Positions 49,931-63,259 of a stretch of DNA of 64,000 bases are shown here, piece by piece. The stretch is from Sphaerodactylus townsendi. Lineage: Eukaryota. How positions within the stretch are numbered: position 1 is the stretch's first letter; each line of letters begins with the position of its first letter. Position numbers and translations under genes: made by a program. The stretch is taken from the NCBI RefSeq assembly GCF_021028975.2, contig NC_059439.1:23808001-23872000 (forward strand), given 5' to 3'. Under the pieces are notes generated by a model, which worked only from the letters and a program-made list of their open reading frames with translations, made no database searches and had not been told where the DNA came from.

Positions 49931-50859
49931 TACACAATGAATGCCCATACACAATGATGGCATACACATAATCAATATGATTCTGTGATCCATGATTCTC
50001 AAACCATACTGAGGTCACTCACCATGTGAGTATGCTCCAGTAACATCAATGGCATTTACTCCCAGATCTATACTGTTTATAGGAATGCAGAGAAACTGAA
50101 ATGTTAAGCCCCAAACATGTGACTTTCTGGTGGGAGCAATTGTTTTGTTTTGTTTTTGTTTTTTAATTTATCAAGGACACCTCAATGAGAAGATCAGTAA
50201 TAACTAGCAAGTTCCACCAGAAGACAGATTGCTCGTGACTTCTTATTTATTCCTACAAGATAGTTATGGAAAAGGTTGGGAATATTCTACTCACAGTTTA
50301 TATATGGTCCCAGTGTACACCAAAATGCCAATGGATTATGGCCCAGATGACTTGTGAGTTGTACATCTCCAACTATATTCCACAAAACTCTCCAATGCAG
50401 ATACAACTCCTATCAGATGCTGGAGTTGAATTAGAAAAAACACCCTGTAGATAGAAGGGTTTTTTAAAAAAAGTCTGCCTTTTGTTATTAATCTTAAAGG
50501 CATTTTGATTTCAATTGCTGCTGGATTCTCAGGAACTACATGTGATGGTTAAACAGTAAAACTAGCAATGCAATCCTAAGAACACTTTTCTAAATGTAAG
50601 ATTCATGCAGTATACATGAGAAGACTTCTTGGAACATCATAGGATAGCTCTCTGAGCTTCTCTGGATTGCATTCTAAAAAAACAGGCAAATGTATTAGAG
50701 AAGATTGCAATATTTTGGGCGTTTATCATATTTTAGGTGAAAGTTGTTAAAAACATTACACCATTTTTTCAATGTATAAATTGCTTCAAAGGTTTTTTCC
50801 ATGATTTATATGGTCTGCATACTCCAAAACCCATTTTCCGCAGTGGAAAACCTTCCTAG

Positions 50860-51000
50860 GGCCCCTTCCGCACACGCAAAATAATGTGTTTTCAAACCAC
50901 TTTCACAACTGTTTGCAAATGGATTTTGCTATTCCGCACAGCTTCAAAGATCACTGAAAGCAGTTTGAAAGTGCATTATTCTGCATGTGCAGAATGAGCC
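50860..51000. mobile_element. Family A MITE
   Basis: Complete copy with TAG 3-bp TSD. Confidence 0.7.
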
Positions 51001-53360
51001 TAGGTCTGGAACCTGGCTCAGTATCCCTTCCCTCCTGTAGATAAACCTCCAGATCATAAATACTGGGAAAGAATTCGGCATAGTAGACCATCATCCCAGC
51101 AGATCTCAGAGGCTAAACTGAGCTGGTATTTGGTATTTGGAAGGGAGACTTCCAAAGGAGGTTTTCTGCAGTAGAAACCAATAGCAAACCTCCTCTGCTC
51201 TCATTTGCCTTGGAAGGCTCTTGCTGGAGTTGGCATAATTCAGCTAAAACTTGACATAATTCATATACACAAACCAGAAACTTTGGATTCATTACCTAGT
51301 TCTGAACCACTGGTTGGCTTCACTGTGGCTTTCTTACCTTGGCCCATTGATAAGTCCTTTGCAGTCCTTTATTCCTTGGAGCAACTGAGCTTTCAGAAAT
51401 GCATTTTCTGAGACTGTGCTAAAGTACCACTTCTTCCTGTGAAGTGATTTTCTAAGCATGCGTTGCCGTAATCTTAGTTAGTGTATGGTATGAACACATG
51501 CAGAACTACTATAATCAGATACATTTCATTAATTGATCATTGTACAGTTCTTTAGAATGATAAGCATTCCAGGATCCATCTATCTATCTGGCACTGAGGA
51601 AACATCCACCAAAAAAAGGTTTTCCTACCACACTTTCCTTTTGAGCTTAGTCCTGTGCATACTTCAAAAACAAAATGCATTATTTGCATCACAACCTCAT
51701 GCAAGAGATGGGTGGTAATACAAGAAGATGAAACTGTCACAAATCAGTACATTAAGCTCCATATCACACCACAAGTATCTTGAGAGACAGACAATTGTTG
51801 GAAGCAAAGCTAATGTGTAATGTAATGTATTAGGAGGGAAGGCAGCATGGTATAGTCTACTCTCTTTAGATCTTGGAAGGGAGACCAAGGAAGTCTCTGC
51901 AGAAGAAGGCAATGGCAAATGATTTCTGTATCTCGCTTGCCCTTTGCTGGGGTCACCACCAGCCAGCTGTGATTTGACAGTACTTTACACACTCAATGCC
52001 ATTAATCTCTTTTTCTGTTTCCTTTTCCTTTGTCTCTACTATTTGGGGACACAAGTTTCCCTCACACCACCAAGATCTTGCTCTGAATGCAAGAACTTCT
52101 TCACCATTCTCTGCTTCTTTTAAGACATTTGTAATGCTAAGGCTTACATCAGTCCCTAAAAACATGTCTGTCTCTGCAGAATTATTTCTATATTGATGTC
52201 CCCTGAGATTTCTGGTAATGGATGTTCTAACTAGTAAACAAAAAAGATATTTAAGGAATTTAAGTTTTGATAAGGGAGTGAGGCCTTAATCCCTCAACAA
52301 ATCCTTTAATTCTCAGCACTCCAGGAAATCACGGACAGACATTTGAAAATCTGTCTTTTGCTTGTTTTTTTTTAAATCTGGTTTTGCCATATTTTTCACT
52401 TTGTTCTATCAACTTATTATTAATGTAATTATTTATCTCTTCCCTACACACTTCACATAGATATAGATATATGCTTGGCAATCTTGAGATAAAGAGTGTT
52501 CCCTCAAGCCACAAGGCAGTCCCTACATGTGGGGCAGGGCCATATCTAGGGGATGGGGGGTGATGCCCCTGCCACTCCTTGAGGAGGGCACCAGGCAGCT
52601 CAGAACCTCCCCCGCCCCGACAGATCTATATGAGGAAACAAGGCTGGCCACCTTGCTTCTCCATCTCTCTCTCAAACTACAGCGCATGGCATTCAGGGGC
52701 AGAAAGATCAGTTCAAGGTTGGCCTTGGGTCCAGAATTCAACTGTTTACCTTGCTTCAGAACTCCATGTGGAGTTCAGGGGAAAGGCATGCAGTTCAAGG
52801 CTCCTGTAAACACTGCCCAATAAGATGCAATGTCCATTTCCTTGGAGCTAGATGCACAAACGTCTTTTATCAAGCAGGTTTTACTTCATCTCATGCTCAG
52901 TCTTTCAAATTCAAATGCTAATAAATCTGGGCAAGGAATTCTTCCAACATGGGTATAGCACCACATACATGTGATTCTTCACCAGAGCCTATCCATGACA
53001 TTTTGCTGTCCCGAGCAAGGTCATCTGTTGCCTCCTGAAGAGTGAGAAGGGCAGAAGCAAAGGATGAAGGCACCTTAACCCAGTTATAGTCAAGAGCAAA
53101 AGGACACACATAGAGAAAGGCAATAGTCTTGAGTGAGATCTGGGAAAATGAAGGATCGGAAGTCTCCAAATTACATTTTCTTTATTTTAAAGAAACCATG
53201 GATAGACATGATAGAAACATCTTTACTTATTTTTATTATTATGGTAGATTTCACAGCTGCCAGATCTTTAACTGGTTGCTGGCCTTTTGTTACAATTCGA
53301 GCCTCGCCCAGAGGCCTAGGAAGTTGTAATGTATCGGTGTAGTATTCATGCAGATCTGAG

Positions 53361-53556
53361 NNNNNNNNNNNNNNNNNNNNNNNNNNNNNNNNNNNNNNNN
53401 NNNNNNNNNNNNNNNNNNNNNNNNNNNNNNNNNNNNNNNNNNNNNNNNNNNNNNNNNNNNNNNNNNNNNNNNNNNNNNNNNNNNNNNNNNNNNNNNNNNN
53501 NNNNNNNNNNNNNNNNNNNNNNNNNNNNNNNNNNNNNNNNNNNNNNNNNNNNNNNN
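53361..53556. other. Assembly gap (N) between two R4/Dong-type ends
   Basis: Run of N. Confidence 1.
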
Positions 53557-54268
53557 AAAAAGATCAATATGCTGGATTTTGTATTACATCACACGTCGGA
53601 CACTTCCCAAGCATCTAGGACTGTGTGATGTATCGACGAATAATGCGTGCAGAGCCGAGTAGGGTGAAGCCTTTTGCAGCTGACATATGAGTGATTTTGT
53701 CAGAAGCGCCAATTGTTTTCCTTAAGTGCCCGCTCAAGATCTTTAGAGCACTGCACCCAGTGTGCCGATCACCACTGGGATCTCACCTTTACTGGTTTTA
53801 GAAAGCCAGAGTCTTTGTAGTTCAATCAACTTAAATCCTCGGGGATCGCAGGTAAAAGTTTTTTCCCAGTTGCTTTCTCATCAATCCTGCTGTCACCAGG
53901 AATTGCAACATCAACTATTATCCACACTTTCTTTTTTTTTTTTCCACAATCGTGAGGTATCAGGAGTATTGGTGTTCCCAAAAAACTTTGTCAGTCTGAA
54001 TTCGGAAGTCCCAGAGTAGTTTAATATCGTGTTCATTTTCAGTGACCTTTTTTCAGGTTTGTGATTCCACACCCAGTTCTTTTGTCACAGGCGAGATGGT
54101 AGTTGTGGCCACAAGTCTCCAGTGAATCATCTGAGCAACAGTATTATGCCTCTTCTGCTTGTATTATGCCTTCTGCTTGCGCCGATCTTCTTGCAGCAGC
54201 TAAGTATGTGATCTATTGTTCTCGCCTGCTTCCTTGCAGAGTCTGCACTTGGGAATTCTGTAGTTGAC

Positions 54269-54270
<2 letters not shown>
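53557..54270 (-). mobile_element. Duplicate of the R4/Dong element at 36373-37048 (indel-rich)
   Basis: Collinear sequence with the same 5' truncation point, followed by (TTA)n at ~54270-54340. Confidence 0.85.
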
Positions 54271-54340
<70 letters not shown>

Positions 54341-55146
54341 TAGGATTTCATAGAATGCCCAAATCTCCAAAAGGCTCTGGAGTGGTATACAGAAAGCAAT
54401 GAAACAACAATACAATATATAAACATGAACATTAAAATCCCTCTTTAAGATCACAGTAGCAGCATTATCATAAAAAAACCCACACATTGATTTGGATGAT
54501 GGTGTCCGATTCAAAGGCTGGGAGGGGAACAGCAATGCAAAAATAGTGAAGATACAATACAAGGGCAATGCTGGAGATGGTATAGGAATATAATGCAGGA
54601 AGGCACTGGCAAGAGCTGTGGCAGGCAATCCCAAGCAGCTGGCATCCCCAAAGCCCAGTGGAACAATTCATTTTTTGCAGGCCACTCTGCAGGAACTCCT
54701 GGAGGCCCCTAACAGCAGGTGGAAAGAGTGTTCCCACCAGGCAGGGGGGCCAGAGGCTGTGAAAAGCCCTGGCCTGGAGCAGAGGCCAGGCCGCCCAACA
54801 TTGGATGTGGGTTCAAATACACTACTATGCCTTTATATAACTGTGACGAACTAACTCATGTTGTAATCAGTCTCCTGTTCCACCTCCACTCTTACAGATA
54901 GGCCACCAATTCTACACTGAACTATGCAGAAGCAGTAATTCACAATCAAAGGCACAGCATTATGCAGGAGTTACTCCAGATTAGGCCTCACTGAAATCAA
55001 AGATCTTGGACTGAATCTTGGACAAAGCATAGAACTGTAACATCTGTACCATTTTCTATTTCAGAAACGTGGAGCCGGGAATGCCAAGCAGTCAGATGGG
55101 TTGACAAGACTCGAAACCTTCCTTTTTCCCAAAAGCCTCCTTTCAC

Positions 55147-55468
55147 AAAGCAGCTGCTTACATCGAGAGGACACCTTGAGGGGTGCAAGGCAAACAAGAA
55201 CTGCAAGACACATAGCTACCGCTCAGATCCGCTTATTTGCTAACCACTACCAAGCAGTGTTCACCAGACACAGTTGTTTCCAGGTTCTTCCACTGAGGGA
55301 CTGTGTCTACTAATATACAAACCAGGTGCTAACCATGCCCATGCCATCAGTCTTTGCACACGCTATTTGGTTATGTGCACACTTCGCACTGATTTACACA
55401 CGGCACTAGCAGGAGGGAGGGTCCAACTGGCAAATAGAACATGTCGCATCTGAGCACATGTTCCAACA
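55147..55468 (-). repeat. 3' LTR of the copia element
   Basis: Direct repeat of 59651-60000; outer edge ragged. Confidence 0.8.
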
Positions 55469-58400
55469 CCCCTTCCATGATCGGGTTTTGACAGGACATT
55501 GGCATATTTACACTTTATACATTGATACAGATAGTACATTCAGTTGCTCACATAAAGTACATACTTTTCTTTAGCAGTAGGCTTGGTTAAGGCGCCAGCT
55601 ACATTTGACTTTTGAATCCACATACTGCAGCTTAATGAACTCCACATTGTGCTGCAGTTCTGCATCTGTTCATATTTCACGCCTATGTACTTCTGCTCCT
55701 AGCCTTTAGATTCTCTGTTCTGCTAGATGAATGGCTGCCCAGAATCCTCTAACACGGATTGGCTGTTGCACTGTTTCCCTAACTCTGACAACAACAAGCT
55801 TTCAACCAGACTGCCAGTTACGCTAGACAGCCCAGAGATGGCACAGAACTCAGCCTCGGCAGCTGAGAGACTAACTGAGGTCTGTCTGTGGACTGCCAGG
55901 ATACTGGCACATTGGCATAAGTCACTACAAACCCTGTGCATGACTTTTTGGTTCTCTCACCACAAGCAAAAGAGCTATCTGTTGTTGCACAAAGCACGTT
56001 ACTCTTGTTTCTCTGCTTGGACCAGTAATCCAAGTTCAGCGGCGCCATTCAGATATCAGCATCAGCACCGGTCAGACTCTATCCGGTGTCATGCCGCGCT
56101 AATATAAGCAGCATGTCGGCTGAAGTACGCTTTACGGCAAAGCCAGGTCTGGTCGCCCAGTTCGCGATATGAAGTAAGTTTCCTAATAGAGACCTGCTGT
56201 ATAGTTCTGGATCACTACACAGTTCTTGCATCAGAGCCTTGCACAAAACTCTACAGTCATCGGGTGTCGCAGCAGTTCTCCTAAGCATCTAACTCAGCTT
56301 CTTCTTGACTATGGCTTCTATTTTCTTCTTCTGGCACATGAGTGAAGCCTTTGATTTGTTACTTGTTTAATGTCTATGCCTTAGGGTAGTGGGTTATTTC
56401 ACTCCAGATCTTTCTACCACAAAAGGTGTCACTCGAGTTCTTTGTAGATGTTTTCTGCTCATGGCTGGGTCAGTCTTAAGTACATACACAAATGTCAACA
56501 ACATACACTCAGTATGATTTCTTCTGTCTGATGCTTGACCTCTTACATACATACAGGCATCGGCAGAGGTAACTGATGAAACCTACACTCTTTCAGTTTT
56601 GCATCTAAGCAGCAGTAATACCAGTTCCTCTAGATTGAATCCTCAGGTCGTACAGGGAACGCCCTGCAGCTTATAAACCATGTTTGGGTCATCGCCTTCA
56701 TATCCAGGCGCCATATAGACGCTTTTGCCTTTAGTGGAGCATTAAGGTAAGCATATTGAAAATCAAAATGTATGCGTATCCTCATGTCATACGGTTTGGT
56801 CGCTTAGGAGCAAGGACAGACCGGTGAAGATTCTGGTCTGGCTGTGGAGAATACCTTTTCCTCCTCCGGGTTTCCTGGCGACAGCCCCTCGAGCAAATGT
56901 AATTCTTGCCTTTATAAATCAGCCTATTATCGGGCAACAGTTTTCTTTAAATACCCACTTAGAACCGGCCATTACTTTCTGCTTCGTGCAGTTACACTTT
57001 ACAAACACATTTTGCTTCTAATACAGAATACGTGTTCCATTTCCATAGCTTCCTCCCACTTCTTTCTTTCAGTGCGGGAAGCAGATAAAAATCTCTGCAT
57101 AGGAGGACGGTTCAAAAACAGAAGTCTGACACACATAAGCATTCTTGACTGTGACCGCATTCGTCAGGTGGTACACCCTTGTTTATCCTTTTGATGTGCG
57201 CGGGGATAATCGCCTTAATCTCCTCCCCTTCTGACTCTTCACTAGAGGAGACAGTTTGTTTATTTCCTCGGACGCTTCACACTCTCTGAGTCAGCTTCGA
57301 CCTTTGAACAGCAGCTGGCAAAAGCCTGCTGTCCATTAACTGTTTCAGGCTCAGTAAAATGGAAGTAACACCTCTGTGTTTGAGTGGATTTTCTTCCCAG
57401 TTCGCGATGCTTAACAAAATTAGCACTGGAGATGACAACCCTCATTCAAAATGATGAAAGAAACGAAACTCTTTCGCCAGTGGTTCAAAAGCCAACAAAG
57501 GTCAGAGTTTGCTGACTTGGGGTCACCTGTCTCTTGCTGTGGTGGCACTAACACAATGGTTCTTTACTGCCAAAAAAAATCCTCATGTTCGACATGTCAC
57601 GATTTTTTCCCATACAGCAGGAAAAAAACGGGCTTCATTTCACCTGCTACAGAAGACCACATTCTGTTCAAAGCACATATGTATTGTATTTATTGCTTCT
57701 GCCCTGAAGTTATTCTGGCAAATTCAGCATCTAACAGCATGCTTCTTTCATATTTTGGGCACGGCTATTTTTCTTTTCTCCGATACGCCGCTTCATGAGC
57801 CCGGATAATGATTCGCTTTAAGGTGTTGATTCCCCCCCTTCTTTCCAGCCTACACTGAAATTGATTACCTGTCCATTCCTTCCCCTGTCCGGCCTGCAAC
57901 GCAGTCACCTTATGACCTAGCTCGCTCTCTATCATTTCCACCCAGTTCTTGAACTTTGAAAATGCCTCAGCCTTCTCGACTTTTAGGAAAAAGGAGTAAC
58001 GTACCTACTAAAATCGCTACACAGAACCATTATTAGGTACTTCTGCTTTTCCCTTTAGACTGAGTTGGAACGGTCCTGCAAGATCTATATGGACCAAGCG
58101 TTGGAGTGGATCGACAGACTCTCTGGTGCTTCTGGCAGTTGAAGGATACCGCCTTTCACTTTCGCTCTGGCCACACACAGAGCACTCCAAAACTTTTTGC
58201 AGGGTTTTACCTTCAGACCGCGACACCTTTACTTCAGGTTGGCTAGGTACTCTGAAGTTCATGTGTCCAAACACACGATGGTAATAATGAATGCATTGGT
58301 CATGAGGAGGAACATTAGACATTGACATTATCGGTACCTTTCTCAGATACATACAGATAGTACCATTATCACTGTGTTCTAAATAATACAAGTTTCATTT

Positions 58401-59650
58401 AATCAATTTCTCACAAGCACACACACAACATCATCATTTTTAGATATTGTACATATTTGATCAGCAAAAAAAGTAACAACATACCCATTCGTCGCCATTA
58501 TTTTGCTTATCAGCTTTAAGCAAAACAGTAATCAAACAGGGCTTATAGAGGACGCTTTTAATGTGCGTCCATGCAAAGCAGGCACGCAAGCTGTTCCGTT
58601 TCTCCATACAGAGAGGTTGAGTCCTCACGGCTAAACACATCAGTGGTTTGATGTCTGGGGCAATTTGATCCTCTGTAAGCAAATGCTCACGGTTCACTAC
58701 GCATAGAACAGGCAGAGCTCAATGAGCCAAGTTCCATCTCTGTCCTTGTTAGTGCATCGAACCAAAAGCAGATTTTAAGAAGAGGTGAGTCCCTCTCCCA
58801 GGACCCTTCTTCTGTCTCTGCCTTTGGGCTTCCACGGGTCCAGCACTTTCACGCATGCTCTGCCAAGTGGCCAGGAGGCCCACACCGGGTAGCAACGCCT
58901 GGTCGCGACAAAACAGCAGGCACGCATTTGATCTAACTCTCAGGAGTTGTTTCCTCTGAGGCTCGGCAACGCTTCTTTCTGAATTCCCTCTGTCGCCAGC
59001 AGTCCAGCAACTTCGAGGCATGACGAAGTCCAGAGTTAAGGCGCGCATCCGCGAATCGTTCTGAGGTTGCTGCAACTAACGCATTCTACACTAATCGCCC
59101 AGCGCATTTAAATCAGCAGGCGTAGGCTTTTATGTGAGTCCTCATAAAGCAGACCACGACAGCCAGCCCAGAAAATAACGCTCGCGATTTTTTCTAGGTG
59201 CTCAGGAGACGAGTCACCTTCCTCCGTGAGCCTGAGGTGATGCAACTGTTCTGTTAGGTAAGACTTTCACTCCAACAGACTCCACGCTTTCGGTAGATCA
59301 CTTTCTGGAGTAAGTTCCAGCATTCCGAGGCAGAAGCTGCGCCTTTGATATAGAGCAGTTGGGGAGCTTTACCGCCAAGACGATGGATGCTCTTGCCCAG
59401 CCTCAGCTCTTATCTCCAACGCCGAGGGCTACAGCGCTGCAAGGGAGCTGACACAAAAGTCCACAAATCCTCACGCGAGAAGATAGGCTTTCATCTTCAA
59501 ACACCAGGTCAGCTGCATATTCAGCTTTGTCAGCCGCTCGAAGGCAAACCGCAAAAGAAGCAGCCATGGTGCAGCCGGAACTGTTTCAGCATTACACAGC
59601 AACAAAACAGCTACTCTCGAAAGTATGGGCAGAATCTTCAGTCTATAACC

Positions 59651-60000
59651 TGTCGAAGAAAGCGGCTTACACGAGAGTAGGGGACACCTTTGAGGGGTGC
59701 AAGGCAAACAAGAACTGCAAGACACTACCAGTCACCGCTCAGGATCCGGCTTATTTGCTAATCACCACCAAAAAGGCTCACCAGACACAGCTGTTTCCAA
59801 GTTCCTTCCTTCCACTGAGTGGGAATTGTGTCTCCATTAATATATTAAACCAGGTGCCAATCCGATGCCCATGCCATATCAGTCTTTGCACACGCTATTT
59901 GGTTATGCACACTCGCACTGATTTACATGCAATGCACTAGGCAGGAGGGAGTGTCCAACTGTCAGTCAGATCATGTCCCATCTAAGCATATGTTCCAACA
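59651..60000 (-). repeat. 5' LTR of the copia element
   Basis: TGTCGAA...TTCCAACA termini. Confidence 0.85.
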
Positions 60001-62356
60001 TTCTACATACTCTCAGAGGGTTGTATATGAGGGATTTTCGACTCATCGGGTCAACACCGCAGAAGAGAGAGAAGACTTTCTTTGCTTCCCTTAGATTGTT
60101 GGTCTTCTTGGAAGCAGGTAGACAAGCATCAGCGTTCCATAATACAAGCCAACCACTGTGAGGTGAGGGAGGAACAGGTGGAGAAAGCCTTTTGTCCTCT
60201 CCTGTGGTGGGATGAAATTCTGAGGATAGAGACGATGATGGAAATGTAAGATGACAAAGTCAGGAGAAAGGGCGGCAGGGTGAATATACAAGTGAAACAG
60301 AAATGCTGACAGTTCAAATGAAGCAGTGTCACTGCATGAGAGATACCGGTGATGTCTGTGGAATAATCGTCAAGCGAAAAATAGTGATCAATTTCATTTT
60401 GGACCACACAGAAGGATAACCTTGATATATTCAAAGATAAGCTTGTGCTGACCAAAAAATTCCACTGGCCCAAGACACAACTGGGCGAGCTGGAAGCTCA
60501 ACCTCCCATTCATATAAGAGTAGCATAATGGAGTGGTTTTACATATGGCTAAATATCGATCATAAGCCATCATGGAGAGGAGGTAGGCATTCAGTACCTC
60601 CCAGACAAGCAAAGATGAAAATTCTTTACTGGAAATGAAGCAAGAGTTGAAAGAAATTGTTTTTTTTCACCAGTCAGTAGGTTGATAACAACATCTTTGG
60701 CAGGACTGTGGAGCTACGCTGGTGAAGGATTCTAGGAAGGACAGATTTCTTAGAAAAAAGTACATGGGGAGTGTGAAGGTGTCTATCAGCCACAACTAAC
60801 ACAAACAATGAGAAGATTTCCAGCCATGGTTGCCAAGCAGATAATTAAGAATAAGCAGGGAAGACAGGAATCAGTAGCTTTGGAAGATCTCCAAAATCCC
60901 AGGAGGATGAAACTCAGAAACAGTTGTCTGGTTTGGCCATACAATCCTCTGCCATGTGTCCATCTTAGAAAAAAGTAAAGTAGAGCTTTGTAACCATTGG
61001 GGTAAAATGGAGGTGTGTAATGTAAGGCAGCAATTTGAGATAAGTAATGTCTGGTGTTGTGGAGAATGAAGAGAACATCCTGGCCCAAAGTGCGGATTTC
61101 CCTACCAGCAAAAAAAGTATTTCAAATTATTTTCAGTTGCAAAGAATCATGATCAGCCCAAGAGAATTCAGCAGTCCTGAATCTGTCATTGATCTTTTAC
61201 ATAGCTTGTTTGTTGATCTCTAAAGTGACTTCCTCAGAGATAATACTGGGTGGAATCCTGTCAGGGTCTTTTTTTCCCACTATCTTGCCCAATTTTCTTA
61301 ATCACCACTGCCCTTAACCCAGGTGTGCATCCAAAAAATTTTCCAGTAACAGGTTCCTCGGCCAGCCCCACCACCGTCAGCAAGGCAAGAGATGTATCCA
61401 GGGGCAAACCTGACCCTGGGCAAAACCCTGAGTTGGATTACGCCCCCCCCATGGGCAGCCAGCCCCCCCCCACCATGACCCCCAATTTTTTTTTTTTGCA
61501 GCAGGCTTCCATTTCTAAATCATCATCACATTATAGAAAAATGCCCCAACTCACAAATCTGAACACAGCAATGGTGAAACACTACAGGTTCTTTGATAAA
61601 GACTGGGTGAGATAAAAGGTACCGAAAGGCTGAGAATCAATGAATTGCAGTACCTGGAAGGGATTAGCCCAGTTCAGGATGTTACATTATTAGTTGCAAT
61701 TGCTATATGGAACCTTTCATCGCTCAAAGGCAGTAGCCTCTTTGGGAGTGTGATGGCTAAAAGCGACCCACTAGTAACCCCCCTCTCGCACACAGAAATA
61801 ATTAGTAACCCACTTCCTCGAATCATTGGTGAGAGAACCTGCTGGATCCCACTCCTCTGCCTTAACCCACTTCTGGCCGTATCCCACGCAGAATCTTCAA
61901 CGTAGGCTTTTGTGGTGATTTTTTTCTGCAATAGAAAAGCTGGCTGGATCACCCTCCCCACCCTTCAATTGCATGCCCACCCATCTCCTCCCAATCTTGA
62001 TTTCTTTTTTACCTTTATATGGATTTGGATGATTGAACAACATGATTCCTCCTTTCCCAACTTCTGCTATTGTTTGATAGAAAATTCTTTAAACTGACCT
62101 CTATATTTTCCAAAGAGGTCTGGTGTGTGCACAGCAAAAGTCTTCATTGTTGAATAATGTTTAGCTTTTCCGCTGGATATTTATGTTTTGGCACCAAGCA
62201 AGAAAATCTCCCTTTGGACATTTCTTGTAATTAAATGTTGTAATATGTGAAGAAGAGAGAGTCACATAGCACGACTGTGCTTCTTGAAAGGGGATTTAAA
62301 TCAAACATCCACACAATTCCCATGGGCTAGCAGTGTTCATTTTTTGTAACAAAAAA

Positions 62357-62358
<2 letters not shown>

Positions 62359-62387
<29 letters not shown>

Positions 62388-62393
62388 AAGAAG
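62359..62393. repeat. (GAA)n microsatellite
   Basis: Seen directly; absent from the paralogous position ~40090. Confidence 0.9.
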
Positions 62394-62575
62394 CTATGCC
62401 CCTACTTTTAAAGGCAATTTTTATTCTAGCCCAGGGGTCAGCAACCTGCGGCTCTCCAGATGTTCATGGACTACAAATCCCATCAACCCCTGCCAGCATG
62501 GCCATTTGGCCGACCCCTGCTCTTGCCAAACCCTGGGGACTAGAACCCACTTCCTCAAAAGCTTACATTAGAATT

Positions 62576-62870
62576 AAAGTAAAGATAGTCCCCTGGATAA
62601 GCACCTGGTCATTACTGACCCATGGGATGACATCAGATCAGATATTTTATAAGGCAGACGGTTTTATAGAGTGGTTTGCTATTGCCTTCCCTAGTCATCT
62701 ACTACTCGTTACCTCCAACAAGTTGAGTACTCATTGCACTGACCCTGGAAGGATGGAAGGCTGAGTCAACCTTGAGCCGGCTACCCAAAATCAACTTCCA
62801 TCGGGATTGAACTCAGGTTGTGAGCAGAGCTTGGACTACAGTACTGTAGATGACCTCTATACCATGGGGC
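62576..62870 (+). mobile_element. Sauria SINE (duplicate of 40296-40660, without the CR1 tip)
   Basis: Collinear sequence. Confidence 0.75.
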
Positions 62871-63031
62871 TCTTTAGATTAGAATAAAATTGTGTTATTC
62901 TTTAAGATGTTACAAAACTATTTTAATTTAGGCCAAACTATGTATGTGTGCCCAGAAATACTAAATCACTTCAGTGAAGCTACTCTGTAGTAGGCAGTGG
63001 TTGCAAGTGCGAAGTCCTGGAACAGTTTAAT

Positions 63032-63259
63032 ACAGGCTAGGGAGCCCGGCTGTATGGCTGTGGTACTCTAGCAGCATTCTCCTGACGCTTCGCATCTTTC
63101 ACAGAGGATTCAGGGCTGGCATCTTTCAGAGGATCTGAATGCCACCCACAGATGCAGGCGAACCCTCAGCAGAGAATGCTGCTGGAACATCAGCCATGGC
63201 CAGCCCGAAACCACACAGCACCCCAGTGATTCCGGCCGTGAAAGCCTTCGACAATACAT
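63032..63259. mobile_element. Short Penelope-like element insertion (inverted pseudo-LTR pair)
   Basis: Two inverted copies of GGGCTGTATGGC..TAGCAGCATTCTC..; minus strand begins TATTGTCGAAGGCTTTCACGGCCGG; AGTTTAAT duplicated on both sides; empty site at ~40814. Confidence 0.65.

Larger units (their letters stand above)
55147..60000 (-). mobile_element. Ty1/copia LTR retrotransposon, full-length but frameshifted
   Basis: Direct repeats ~55147-55468 and 59651-60000 (TG...CA). GGTTAT primer-site-like start next to the 5' LTR; PPT GGAAGGGG at 55469-55476. Minus-strand order is integrase (HRVFGHMN..CSVC..LVHIDLAGP), RT (KWVFKEK, AYLNA), RNase H (SWQS, QTSVSLSAAEAEF), which is the copia order. Confidence 0.9.
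55055..60955 (-). pseudogene. Disrupted duplicate of the 37784-38767 olfactory receptor, split by a copia element
   Basis: 60001-60955 and 55055-55146 are collinear with the 38 kb OR but indel-rich; the element sits just after the YSLRNVE codons. Confidence 0.85.
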
